Source: Euprymna scolopes
Taxonomy: Eukaryota
Assembly: GCA_053919585.1 (NCBI GenBank)
Contig: CM132798.1
DNA: 64,000 nucleotides
Strand: one strand, 5' to 3'
Shown here: one piece after another, positions 12,345 through 25,385 of the stretch
How positions within the stretch are numbered: the stretch's first letter is position 1
How the letters are laid out: each line of letters begins with the position of its first letter
The notes under the pieces: model-generated
What the model saw: only the letters and a program-made list of their open reading frames with translations
Databases searched by the model: none
Told to the model about the DNA's origin: nothing
Translations under genes and position numbers: made by a program

Positions 12345-14765
12345 ATAGTCGCCGTGTTCCCGATACTGACGGCCAGTATGCAAGTCTTCTAGATCTCTTT
12401 CTCACAACTTGCCCTGAACTGTGCTCAGCTTCTGTCTCCACGTGGATCTTCCGACCACTCAGTTGTATCAGTTAAGATAAAAATGAAATGTAATGAGTCC
12501 CCAGATGTACCTCTCCATCGTACAGTATATTGATACTCTATGGCTAACTGGGATAGCTTCCGCACATTTATACTAGATCTATCTCTGCTTTCCATGTTTA
12601 AAATGGATGTGTCCTCTATAGTATAAGACCTGGCAGAATAGTTAATTGTAGGTATAGACCGTTTCTACCCTCGAAAATATTCCAGCAAAAACCTAACAGC
12701 TAGCAGTGGTTCTCTCCAGAATGTGCTGCTGCCATTGCGCATGGAAATCACTTTTTCCATTGCTTCCAACGTAATAGATGTACTGAGACTAAAGCCGCTT
12801 TCAGAACTGCCAGCAACCACTGTAAAAAGTAATAAAGAAAGCAAGAGAGTTGTATGCTCAGTCTGTCAAGTCTAAAGTAGCTGAGCAGCTGCTTGGTTCA
12901 CACCAGTTTTGGCAAATAACAAACAGAATCCTGAACAGAAGCGTGTGCTCTATCCCAACTATTATCAATGGACCTGAGGTAATCTCGTCAGCATTAGACA
13001 AAGCCAAACTCTTTGCCAATAACTTTGCAGCTAATTCTAACCTTTCCGACCAAGGCTGCCAACCTCCAATATTTCCTCCTGTATCAGAAAACATGCTATA
13101 TGATATACAAATATCTGTATGTGATGTTGCCAAGCGAATCAAAAAGCTTGATTCCAGTAAAGCAACCGGCCCTAATGGTATTCCAATTATAGTACTCAAA
13201 AGACTTCAAACAGAACTTGCGCCCATCCTTACAAAACTGTTTAAACGTTGTCTTAAGGAGAATTGCTTCCCGTCACCCTGGAAAATCTCATCAGTATGCC
13301 TTGTATTTAAGAATTCAGGTGATCGTTCATCTCCCTCACAGTACAGACAAATAAGTCTCCTGTGCGTCATGAGTAAGTTGCTGGAATCTGTGTTAAATAC
13401 AGAAGTAATCAACCATCTCAGCAAAAAATAACCTTAGTGACACGCAATATGGTTTCCGTTCTGCTAGATCTACAGATGTGCTTAGATTTCTATCTCAAAG
13501 TATTAGCGAATCTCTCGACGGAGGCTACCTTTCTAGGGCAATTGCTCTTGACATATCAAGGGCCTTTGATAGAGTATGGCATAATGGTTTACTTCACAAG
13601 ATCTCCAGCTACGGTATAGCTGGAAATGTCTTCTCAATTATTAAATCATTTCTTTCTGATAGGTTCATAAGAGTAGTGGTTGATGGGCAGAAATCAGAAG
13701 CTCTTAGTATTAATACTGGAGTCCCTCAGGGGTGGATCCTGGGTCCAACTCTCTTCCTGATCTATATTAATGATCTTCCAAATCACATCCTTTGATTATT
13801 CGTACACATCTATTCTGATGACACTATCTATAGTAGCACATCTAAGACCGTAAACGACCAAGTTCTCTCTCATTCTCTCTCCTCTGATCTTGAGCACGTG
13901 GTACAATGGGGAAAGGGGTGGTTGGTTATATTTTTAATGCATCTGAAACGAAGGTTTCCCCATCTGGCATAAATTGAAATGAATGGCTCTCATCTGTCAT
14001 CAGTTGAAATGAATGGTTCTCATCTTGGAGACCTCAAGTTTTGACAAGCTTTTGGACTTGACATTTACTCCTGATCTTAAATGGAACACATACATTAAAT
14101 CCGTTGCCAAGGCCGATGGAAAAATGGTGGGATCCTTCTATCGATCTAGTAGATATCTCACTGCTGATACAATTCTCTATCTATATAAGAGCCAGGTACG
14201 TCCAAGGATGGAGTACTGTTGCCACATCTGGGCAGGAGCTGCTAGAAAGGACTTATCCATCCTTGATAGTTCAAAATAGACTTCGTAGCCTTGTAGGGGA
14301 TGTCCTTTTCTCTTCCCTGCAGCCTCTTTCTCACAGAAGAGAGGTGGCGAGTTTGTCTCTGCTTTATCGTTATTTTCATGGCAAGTGCTCGGCTGAGCTC
14401 CATTCTATGATCCCCCTCGCCAAACTTTCACAAGAAACACCCGTCTAGCAGAAAACACTATCACTAATTTCCCCTACTCTTTATCTGTGCCTAAACCTAA
14501 ACGTAGATTCCATGAGCAAAGCTTCTTTCTTAGAACTGCGCACCTATGGAATTGTCTTCCGTTTTTCTGCTTTTCAGCTGAATACAATATGGTGTTCAAG
14601 TTTAATGTAAACAAGTTTTTGATGAGCTGTTCCATATAAGTTAACAAATTTATCGAATCTCTATTACTAACGCTTACTATATTGTCTAACCGTCTGTACC
14701 CTCTTTAACCCTTAACCTCGAGTGGCCTCTGGGCCTTGATAAGTGGTGATGCCTATGTAAAAAGA
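12345..14765 (+). mobile_element. 5'-truncated CR1/L2-group LINE (family A), ORF2 pseudogene with endonuclease C-terminus and reverse transcriptase
   Basis: APE-end motifs LDLFLT..SDH at about 12385-12460. RT motifs KATGPNGI, YRQISLL, QYGFR, ALDISRAFDRVWH, GVPQG.ILGPTLFLIYINDLP, YSDD and RPRMEYCCHIW. Several stops and frameshifts. A-rich 3' tail. Confidence 0.95.
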
Positions 14766-14852
14766 AAAAGTAATTATTACTATAATTTCTTCTATTTTTA
14801 TCGTAGAAATCTCGAGACTGCTTCATTCGATGGGTTGCACAGTCGAACTGTG

Positions 14853-16001
14853 AAGTGACCTCTACGTCACACTATATCAGACTCTAAAGACCTATTTTAA
14901 AATTATTGTTTATGTTCTAACATTTTTTTTTCTATTAAATACTTTTATCTGTAAATTTTTATTTCGCTATGATAGCATTCTTTCTGATATTCAATTACCG
15001 ATTCTGTTCTATATTCTCGATTCCGATACAAGTACCGATTTCGAATACGATTCTTTTAAAATGTCTAAATATTTCAAGAGATTAAATGCTTTTTAAAAAT
15101 GTTCGAATAACTAAAACCGCTCCCTCCCCGTGTAATGTTTGCATATATTTCGCAAAACGTAAAAAATATACTTTCGAGGGAGCGCATATTACAGGAGTAC
15201 ATTTTTCTAAATATTTTTTCTCAAATGATTTCCTTGTTATTGTGAGACAAGACTTGTATTTTTTTTCTTTAAAAATGGAAGCTGAATTGCGTTTGTTCGT
15301 CATTAATGCTATTTGAAATTTGAATTTTTATAAACAATTAAAGCGTCGAAGAAATCAGTGTAGGAAGCAAATAGTAANNNNNNNNNNNNNNNNNNNNNNN
15401 NNNNNNNNNNNNNNNNNNNNNNNNNNNNNNNNNNNNNNNNNNNNNNNNNNNNNNNNNNNNNNNNNNNNNNNNNNNNNNNNNNNNNNNNNNNNNNNNNNNN
15501 NNNNNNNNNNNNNNNNNNNNNNNNNNNNNNNNNNNNNNNNNNNNNNNNNNNNNNNNNNNNNNNNNNNNNNNNNNNNNNNNNNNNNNNNNNNNNNNNNNNN
15601 NNNNNNNNNNNNNNNNNNNNNNNNNNNNNNNNNNNNNNNNNNNNNNNNNNNNNNNNNNNNNNNNNNNNNNNNNNNNNNNNNNNNNNNNNNNNNNNNNNNN
15701 NNNNNNNNNNNNNNNNNNNNNNNNNNNNNAATGATACATGCCTTTCAAGCTCCCACCTAAAATCCACGTCATCTTGTGACCTCTACATCAGACTATTTTA
15801 AAATTATTGTTTGTGTTCTCTAAAAAAAATGTTCTATTAAAAACATTTTTTAATATAATTTTTTCTGTAATATTTATTTTGCTATAACATTTTTTTTGCG
15901 TTGTTCGTCGTTAATGCTATTTGAAATTTGATTGTTTTTTATAAACAATTACAGCGTCGAAGAAATCAGTGTAGCAAATAGTAAAGAAATCCTGTCACTA
16001 T

Positions 16002-16078
<77 letters not shown>

Positions 16079-16280
16079 CCCAACTCCTACATGCCTTTCA
16101 AGCTCCCACCTAAAATCCACGTCATCCTGTGACCTCTACACCAGACTCTAAAGACCTATTTTAAAATTATTGTTTGTGTTCTCTAAGGTTTTTTTCTATT
16201 AAAAAAATTTGTAATATAACCAATTTTTTTTTCTGTAATATTTATTTTGCTATGATAACATTTTTTCTGACATTCATTTT
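14853..16280. repeat. Diverged local direct repeats around a gap, plus (CT)n at 16007-16074
   Basis: GTGACCTCTAC..AGACCTATTTTAAAATTATTGTTT recurs at about 14855, 15777 and 16129. 15290-15377 resembles 15902-15984, and 15737-15790 resembles 16088-16140. Confidence 0.8.
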
Positions 16281-16299
16281 TTTTTACAAATATTAATAC

Positions 16300-16485
16300 G
16301 GATCATAATAATCGTCGACCTGCACGCCTTTCGGCATTGCCAGGCCAATATCTTACAATGAGTATCCTCCAATGCATTATCTTCTTCCTCTTTGAGGATA
16401 GTGTAGTATTGGTTGCAACTGATTGGATTCGAACTTGGAAGTCAGGTTTTCAGCTCGCATCGTTACCACTTCAAGACTGCCGCCC
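16300..16485 (-). mobile_element. tRNA-derived SINE-like fragment
   Basis: Minus strand has GAAGTGGTAA (A-box-like) and AGTTCGAATCC (B box). A downstream hairpin ATGCC-GAAA-GGCGT is present. Confidence 0.45.
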
Positions 16486-16989
16486 TCATCTGATCGTCAT
16501 AAGCTGATCTTTTGCAAGCATTTACGTACATTCAAACAGTCGAGGAGAGAGTCAACAATTACACAATGGCGAAGGTATCTTCGCAGCTTTTATTTACTAA
16601 AGGTTGATATGAGTATAGATTACAGAAACGATGCCAACTGCATATGATATCTTCCGTTATGCGTGGCGCTTGGAAACCTTGAGTGAATACTTCTGTGTAT
16701 CGATTTTGATCGAACCAGGTTCATGTGATTAGCAGACAAGGTTCAGTGCAAGGTTCGGTAACCGGCACACGGAAACAATCTATGTCGTTTACGCGAGCAG
16801 ATTATTCCGCTTCGCACACTTACTCGTAAGACGTGGATCTGACTCTCATCAATTGATAAAAATAGGCAGAAAGGTAGAAAGATGCGCATTGATAGATGAA
16901 TAAAAAGTATATTCTAAATTGATAAATATATTTATCGATGGATAAATATATTTTACATACGGAGAAAAATGCATGTATCGATAGCTGTA

Positions 16990-18370
16990 AAAATAATAGT
17001 ATCGATAAATAGAAATATACATGTATGGATTGATAGAAATATACATGTATCGATAAATAGAGATGTACATGTATGGATTGATAGAAATATACATGTATCG
17101 ATAAATAGAAATGTACATGTATCGATAAATAGAAATGTACATGTATCGATAAATAGAAATGTACATGTATCGATAAATAGAAATGTACATGTATCGATAA
17201 ATAGAAATGTACATGTATCGATGGATAGAAATGTACATGTATGGATTGATAGAAATATACATGTATCGATAAATAGAAATGTACATGTATCGATGGATAG
17301 AAATGTGTCGATGGATAGAAATGTACATGTGTCGATGGATAGAAATGTACATGTGTCGATGGATAGAAATGTACATGTGTCGATGGATAGAAATGTACAT
17401 GCGTCGATGGATAAGAATGTACATGTGTCGATGGATAGAAATGTACATGCGTCGATGGATAGAAATGTACATGCGTCGATGGATAGAAATGTACATGCGT
17501 CGATGGATAGAAATGTACATGTGTCGATGGATAGAAATGTACATGTGTCGATGGATAGAAATGTACATGTGTCGATGGATAGAAATGTACATGTGTCGAT
17601 GGATAGAAATGTACATGCGTCGATGGATAGAAATGTACATGCGTCGATGGATAGAAATGTACATGCGTCGATGGATAGAAATGTACATGCGTCGATGGAT
17701 AGAAATGTACATGCGTCGATGGATAGAAATGTACATGCGTCGATGGATAGAAATGTACATGTGTCGATGGATAGAAATGTACATGTGTCGATGGATAGAA
17801 ATGTACATGTGTCGATGGATAGAAATGTACATGTGTCGATGGATAGAAATGTACATGTGTCGATGGATAGAAATGTACATGTGTCGATGGATAGAAATGT
17901 ACATGTGTCGATGGATAGAAATGTACATGCGTCGATGGATAGAAATGTACATGTGTCGATGGATAGAAATGTACATGCGTCGATGGAAAGAAATGTACAT
18001 GTGTCGATGGATAGAAATGTGTCGATGGATAGAAATGTACATGCGTCGATGGATAGAAATGTACATGCGTCGATGGATAGAAATGTACATGTGTCGATGG
18101 ATAGAAATGTACATGTGTCGATGGATAGAAATGTACATGTGTCGATGGATAGAAATGTACATGTGTCGATGGATAGAAATGTACATGCGTCGATGGAAAG
18201 AAATGTACATGCGTCGATGGAAAGAAATGTACATGCGTCGATGGATAGAAATGTACATGTGTCGATGGATAGAAATGTACATGTGTCGATGGATAGAAAT
18301 GTACATGCGTCGATGGATAGAAATGTACATGTATCGATGAATGAAAATATGAGAATATGCATGTATCGAT
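16990..18370. repeat. 24-bp minisatellite, roughly 57 copies
   Basis: Unit ATGGATAGAAATGTACATG(T/C)GTCG. It explains the repetitive 353-493 aa ORFs with an 8-aa period. Confidence 0.97.
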
Positions 18371-18442
18371 TTATAGAAATAGACATTTATTACAAGATAT
18401 AAAAGACATATTGATGGTTAGTAAAATACATGCTTTGATATA

Positions 18443-18920
18443 CGAGAGGCCTTTCATAAGTTTCCAGACTTTTTTGTACAGGCATTTGAATTGTTGGTGA
18501 CGCTTCGAAATTCGGTATATTATAGCTATACATTTTATGAGATGACTTATTAATTTTTATGATTTCATATTTTTATGAGCTCATATCCGCAGCAACTGCT
18601 GGAATTTGAATACCTCAATACTCAAGCCTGATTGTCACAGTTGGTGACTTTTTACAAATGCAATCTGAACGTGAGGACATTTCAGAAGAATAGAAGAATG
18701 ATAAGCAATAAAATTCTGTTTTAAACTTGAAAAAATGACACAGAAACGTATTAAATGCTTCCAACTGCTTTTGGACGATCTGTCATGAATTGAGCATCAG
18801 TGTTTGGAGTGGCGAAAAAGATTCAAGGAATGTAGTGAGTCTGTGAGGAATTATGATAGGTGTGGGGGGAGTTAGGAAGTCAGAACACCCGTGTTGATTG
18901 ATCAAATAAAGAATTTCATG
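18443..18920 (+). mobile_element. mariner family M1 5' fragment
   Basis: TA then a TIR containing ATAAGTTTCCAGACTTTTT. Decayed transposase N-terminus AIKFCFKL..TETY..RASVF.W.KRFKE. Confidence 0.85.
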
Positions 18921-19537
18921 GCTAACACCATAACACTTTTGGGAAACGGATATTTTTAGAACGCTCCTTGCACTAAATATTTCATAATGGCATAGTTTAG
19001 TAAAAAAATTAATGTGCATTATAAAAATTTTGTTGAAATATTCGCTGAGTTTTGTTTTCCTTAAAAAACATGCGTTTCCTGTGACTCACCCTGTATATGC
19101 ACAGATGAAAATATGTGTAGACATAGACAGGAGAATGTATGTATTGATAGATCGATTGGTAGGGAAAATATGCATCGATGGATGAAATATTGAGTCAAAT
19201 AGTTGCTTAGATAAGTAAATAAATAAAATTATACGTATGGATGATAGAGCGAAGAGGGTGGTAGTAACAAAAATACTAGGAGATGAGCTAGATTTTATCA
19301 AAATTAAAGTCAACAAAAACATTCATTTTTTTTTGTGCGCACTTAGAAAACGTTCAGTTGGATATAAAGAAGTTANNNNNNNNNNNNNNNNNNNNNNNNN
19401 NNNNNNNNNNNNNNNNNNNNNNNNNNNNNNNNNNNNNNNNNNNNNNNNNNNNNNNNNNNNNNNNNNNNNNNNNNNNNNNNNNNNNNNNNNNNNNNNNNNN
19501 NNNNNATAATTAAGGTATTGGCATATGGTAGCTGTGC

Positions 19538-19572
<35 letters not shown>

Positions 19573-21021
19573 AATCAAATTAATGGATATTATTACCATC
19601 AAATAACATAGCATATATAAAGGGATGGCGGAATCGAAGAAAATAATGAATGCATCTGCCATTCCGTATATTCTTTAGATTTTCCTTTTCTTCCGAAAGG
19701 GCAATGATAGACAAATTTAAAGAGGAAACTTGGGTGGGGAGTTGAGAAGCAATATATTTGTTAACACTACATTTAAATTTCATATGATATTTTTCTGGGA
19801 AATCGAAAGCAGGAGAGAATGCTAAAGGCTAGTAGTTCGAGGACTCAAGCTATCGAAAGAGAAAATTTTCGGCATCTAATGACCTCTACAATGTATGAGG
19901 TGGGAGTTAGCATTTATATTAATTGGAGGATTGTTTTTTGTTTTGTTTATTTTGTTTAAGAGTACAAGTGGGAGAGGTTTAACAGAGGACACTTCGTTAA
20001 AGTACTTATAAATCAGTAATACAAACTGTGGTGATGTTGCAGGAACTGAAGATTAGCTAACAGTGCGGGGCCTGTATATATATATATTTATATTTTCATC
20101 CGTTCCAAGACTGTGGCTAATGGTTTCTGCACCAGCTCATATGTAAACCGTATCCTATAGATTGGAGAAAGCAATCACTCCAAGAGATATATATTGAAAC
20201 AAAGACAGTCACATGATCACCATCATCATTATTATCATCATTATCATGTATTGTTAAATAAAAAAAAATCTTAATGAAAATCATGGCTCCAAGAAGTTAT
20301 CTGGGACACAAAGAACACATTTTCGCCATGTAAGCGTATTTGGCTGACAATATCGTGTTTTGTTTCCAGTTGCATTTTATGCTGTTCGTTATTGTAGTTG
20401 TGCTTATTGCATGGTGGAACGATAAAAGTGTCGCCCTAAATAAAACAACACTATAGCTTTATTTTAAAACTTTTATTGAAAAAATCAATTCAGGTAACTT
20501 GATTATGTAGTAGAGGTGACATCTATTCAATGTAGCCGCCTGTAACCTCAATTACCGCCTCGATACAGGTCCAGAACTGAGAATATGCCTTTTCAACAAG
20601 CGAGGCTACGAGCTCGGCGAATACTAGGTATACTACAGCATTTCCGGAGAGCAACTTCCTCTTCGCTGGACAACTCTCATTCACTAACCTATATTTTGTG
20701 TAACCTGCTTATCTCCTGTTTAATTTGGTTGCAATTTTATTTCATTAGAAACAAAATTTCTCCTTAATCGGGTTCTAAGATAAGTAATTGCTTGCAACAT
20801 CACAGTAACGCCGCATGTCTTTGTCATCGTAAATAAAATTTATTTGCAGCGTAAATATCAAAGGATTCATTTCCCATGAGGGTTAGGGAGTTCTAGGATT
20901 TTAAGGGATGGTGAAAGAAAAGGGAGAACAAGTAGAGGACGAGGGAAAAGAGGCTAATTCGAAAGCTGATATGAGCTATGAATAAACAATGCGTGATGAT
21001 GCTTTAAGGCTAATTCGAAAG

Positions 21022-21057
<36 letters not shown>

Positions 21058-21084
21058 TGTTTTTACTATAATAATTATTAAATA

Positions 21085-21130
21085 CCTACAGACACTAGTG
21101 TTTCATCCGTTCGGGAATCTTCAGTGCAGG
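21085..21130 (-). ncRNA. Type I hammerhead ribozyme
   Basis: Minus strand CCTGCA CTGAAGA TTCC CGAAC GGAT GAAA CAC TA GTG TC^TGTAGG. The conserved core is complete, stem I has 6 bp, stem III is the palindrome ACACTAGTGT, and the cleavage triplet is GUC. Confidence 0.85.
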
Positions 21131-21139
21131 GTGTCACGA

Positions 21140-21230
21140 TTAATACCAGTCGAACGATTCGAACCCCGCATCACGAGACCTCTCTGGCTCGGTCTAGCGA
21201 AAACCTAATCCATTCGGCTACCATTAACCG
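21140..21230 (-). promoter_or_regulatory. tRNA-like Pol III internal promoter upstream of the hammerhead
   Basis: Minus strand A box TAGCCGAATGG (about 21210-21220) and B box GGTTCGAATC (about 21156-21165). Confidence 0.7.
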
Positions 21231-21801
21231 TGTGAAATAACGTCGAATTTAAACATTTTAATTTTAAATATTCATTTACGTCAGTCAGAGTGATCTAATC
21301 GTTATACGATGATCTATGCATATATATATATGGTTAAGTGACAGTTTTAGTCATTTAGAACTGTTTCAAAGCGTCCCCGCCCATTCATTTTTCGACCAAA
21401 TTTCAAACAATTATTACAGTTTATATAGATCACCTTCTCAGCTATATTGTGAAAAACATTTTTTTTTTCAATTTTCGTTCAGTAAAACAAAAGTTATGAT
21501 GAATTTACTGGTGTTCAAAATCGTAAAAAAAGAACATGAGGTAAGCGACGTTTTTGTGACTAGTTTCCATAGCAACCACGTCGCTTCAGCCACTACTGTT
21601 ATTACAAATTCATTGCTCTCGCGAAAAGAGAAGTAACAAGTGAAACGGAGAGAATGAAAGCATTAAAGAAATAATTGGGGATTTTATTGAAAGCAAACGA
21701 GTGCCGTATATTGGTATTACATATGTGTTTATGGGGACAAAACATAAGACTGAAATTAAATAAGGAAATGTGAATTTACTGGAAGCCTGCAAAAATCATG
21801 G

Positions 21802-22086
21802 ATTACAATAGAAAAATGCGAGCATGAAAAGTAATGTGGTTAAGCTTAAACATGGAAAAGAAAAGGACAAGATATTCTTGTAAAAACTATAATAAATTTA
21901 TAATTTAATATATTGCAGCATTAAGAATTTTCTTTTTAAATTCAATTTAACATTATATAATCTATCCTTAATGCTGCAATATTTTAAGTTATAAATTTAT
22001 TATATTTTTACTAGAATATCTTGTCGTTTTCTTTTCCATGTTTAATCTCAACCATATTTTTCATGCTCGCATTTTTCTATTGTAAT
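21802..22086. repeat. Long inverted repeat / fold-back MITE
   Basis: Arms 21802-21925 and 21967-22086 are near reverse complements, with a 41-nt spacer. Confidence 0.9.
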
Positions 22087-22544
22087 ATGAGTATATGGCC
22101 TATGTATAAACAATCCGTGATAATGCTTGGAGGTTTGCTTAATGATTGTTACGCTGGAAGAGTTAACCTCTCTTAAAAATAGGGCATACATGGTTATTGG
22201 TTCCAGATCTTGACATAAAATGGCATATTCCCTGTTTTGGAACAGCTGGGTTCTGAAAATCGACCTTGTGTCGATAACGGTCTCCGGGAACCAACACGTT
22301 GTAGCCTCAGTCGCAAAGTGGACAACAATAGCAAAAACTTCAACTCGCTTTTTTGTTGTACAACTACATATATTTTCTCAGTTTCTCGGTACCGCAGTGT
22401 TCATTATTTCGATATTTCTTTAAACTCTAGATTACTGTGTATGAGACACAACTTCTCATATGACAGTGCATGTGTTTTACTTAACTCTATGTAACATACA
22501 TTTTTTAAATCCTAAACAAAAAAAATTATTGCTAGAATGCACTT

Positions 22545-23403
22545 ATGAGTTAACAATAGATTTTCAACACGCGGCATCTCTCCTGTCAAAAACATGTTTC
22601 GCTTTTTATTTATTTGACATAACGACAATAAATGTTGATAACTGATAAAATCATAATTTACAATAATGCATGGGTGCATTTGGTATAAGAGAAAAAAAAA
22701 ACTAATTGAATAAAAAACCTAAACAAAAAAGGTACCGAAAAAGAATCGAATCTCTCCTTGTTTTTGTTATTTTCGTTTTGTTTTGTTTATTATTGTGTTT
22801 TTATTGCTCCAAAAAATATCGTTAAGAACAGAAAATTTAATGCCTATATATTAGAAATAAAAATAATCGTAATTATAGTTTGTATTTATTTGCTCTCCCA
22901 GCGAGCAAATTAGGCACAAGGCCGATTGTTAATGTGAGGAGTGAAGGGGAAATGGGGACCAACTCCTCGGGGAGTAGGGGAGATGGATAGTGACAATTGG
23001 TATGAACCAAGGTCTTATATGTGGGGTTGCTCCCACATATGGTCTCTACTTGCAGTATCTGCCGGAACAGATGGTATTTATTTGCTCCCCCACCGAGCAA
23101 ATTAGGCACAAGGCCGATTTTTAATGTGAGGAGTGAAGGGAGGGGGAACGGAAAAAGGGGACCAGCTCCCGAGAGGTGGGAAATGGGAGCTGGTTAAAGG
23201 TCAGGCATGTGGGATTGCCCCCACATCTGGTCTTTGCTAGTCATAGCTAGTCATAGCTTGCAGTATCTGCCGGAACAGATACTACACTGTGATCTTGTCA
23301 CCCGGGCCACAGAGGGCCGGTAGTTACGATAATTAATAAATAAAAAGCGAAAAAAGTTTTTGGCGGGAGAGATGCCGTTTGTTGAATCTGTCGTTAACTC
23401 ATT
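22545..23403. mobile_element. TIR element containing a tandem about 190-bp insertion (22882-23325)
   Basis: GAGTTAAC..CGGCATCTCTCCTGTCAAAAAC..CGCTTTTTATTTAT at the left and its reverse complement at 23335-23403. A related end lies at 28495-28567. Confidence 0.7.
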
Positions 23404-24554
23404 TTTAATTTTACTTCAAAATTGCTACATCAATCATGAAGAGAAAAAGGGAAATTTATTAATCTATTTTATCGAAAACTCCTCTCCCGTTTATCAAGAA
23501 TCTTTTTAATTTAATTTTTTGTTGTTTATCGTTTAGTTTTCGGAAGGGNNNNNNNNNNNNNNNNNNNNNNNNNNNNNNNNNNNNNNNNNNNNNNNNNNNN
23601 NNNNNNNNNNNNNNNNNNNNNNNNNNNNNNNNNNNNNNNNNNNNNNNNNNNNNNNNNNNNNNNNNNNNNNNNNNNNNNNNNNNNNNNNNNNNNNTCTTTT
23701 TTAAACTAAATCTCCCTCGATATTTTCTTTTCTTTTTTTTAGCGATTAAAAAGGCCCCTGTTTACTGAATAAACGCTTCCAAATAAATTAAACCACACAC
23801 AACTTAGCCAACTAGGTAGAAAAACCGATTTTGCACTTTTAAAAACAGTAAATAAGTATAAATATTTTAAAAAATATTATGCGGTCAGTAGTCTCCCTTT
23901 TTAGCAGAATAAATGCTTTAAAACAACTTAGTCAGTTAGGTAGAAAACGGATATTTAGAAAATCAGATATTTAGTCAGTTAGGTAGAAAACGGATATTTA
24001 GAAAATCAGATATTTAGTCAGTTAGGTAGAAAACGGATATTTAGAAAATCTATTTTTTTTTTAACAACAGTAAGCAAGTAAAAAATATTTTTTTTTAATT
24101 TCATGGGGGTATAGTCTCTTTCAAAAATATCTCCTTCCAGAAAGGTCATAAAATGTGTTTTCAATCGATATCTATTCAATAAGGGACCAGTTTTCTCACC
24201 TAGTAAAAAGGGATGAGTCTTCCAGGAACGAGTATTCCTATATAAGGATTTTGCAGTTTGCTTGAAGCATTGTGTGTAGTGTAAACAGAAGTGTTTGGAA
24301 GCTTTATAAACGCGATCCGTAGAAAATACTGTGGACATGAATTCTCGCCAAACAGTTTTTTTTATTTTTTTCTCCCTGAAGAAGAGATTCTGCTCTCGAA
24401 AATTAGGGGCATCAACACTTACAATCTTGTACGACACATGTTGGTAAATAAATGTAATATAATTGAACATTCATTCTAATAATGTCATTATTTTTTTATA
24501 TACTAACTCGTGTCCACGATGTTTTCTACGAATATATATGTGTGGGGGTGGTGA

Positions 24555-24878
24555 TAATCGTTCCAAAAGTAAAGTCTTCTATTTTTTAACTCAAAATGTT
24601 GAAGAGCTACGAAGACGGGAGTGGTAACATTAAAACGGGCCATCTTTTGTGCTCCATAATTTATTTTTCTATATAGTCATCTCCATTGTCAATGCACTTT
24701 TGACAGAAATTCAATGATGCATCTCTGCTCCTGACGCACATCCATTACAAAATTTGCTTTCTTCGAGTCTCACTCCGTTTATATTTGCAACTTTCAGCTT
24801 AGAAATACATGTGCAAGCATCATAACAATCCAATTTGCAATCTCCTCTGATCAGTTCGGGACGAATAAAGAAGGCATT

Positions 24879-24880
<2 letters not shown>
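24555..24880. mobile_element. mariner family M2 deletion derivative
   Basis: GAAGAGCTACGAA and GAATTCAATGA..GGCATTAC are shared with 35431-35941, 42885-43250, 58700-58888 and 61385-61886. Confidence 0.65.

Positions 24881-24958
<78 letters not shown>
24881..24958. repeat. (GT)n microsatellite
   Basis: Direct reading. Confidence 0.95.
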
Positions 24959-24959
<1 letters not shown>

Positions 24960-24960
<1 letters not shown>

Positions 24961-25385
24961 ACGTACTTTTTGTATAGTCATTTCAAATTGTCATGGACTC
25001 TTAAAAATTCAGTATGTTATTGCTATACATCTTATGAGATGGCTGACCAATTTTTATGATTTCTAGTTCAAATAAACAACAAAATCAGGAATTGGAATGC
25101 ACCCTACAAAAGCCTAAATGTCACAGCTGATGAATTTCAAAAAGACAATCTAGATGTGGGGACACTTAAGAAGAACGATATTCTATAAAATTCTGTATTA
25201 GACTTGGAAAAATGTTAGACACGTACGGAATCCTTCGGGATGCTTTTGGATCATCTTGCATGAATTGAGTACCAGCTTTTTCCGTGACATAAGAGATTCA
25301 AGGAATGCAGGTAGTCTGTTAGAGGCGTGGGAGGAGTAAGAAAGCCAGACTTCAGTCAGAACACTAGAGTTGATTGGCCCAATTA
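24960..25385 (+). mobile_element. mariner family M1 5' fragment
   Basis: Colinear with 18470-18905. Confidence 0.8.

Noticed and set aside
12850-14448. Active LINE ORF2
   Set aside because: It is 5'-truncated with multiple stops and frameshifts.
15309-15772. ORFs spanning N runs (also near 19.4, 30.1, 57.1 and 63.7 kb)
   Set aside because: Artefacts of assembly gaps.
16849-18402. 353-493 aa ORFs as a real gene
   Set aside because: They consist of a 24-bp tandem repeat that is open in several frames on both strands.
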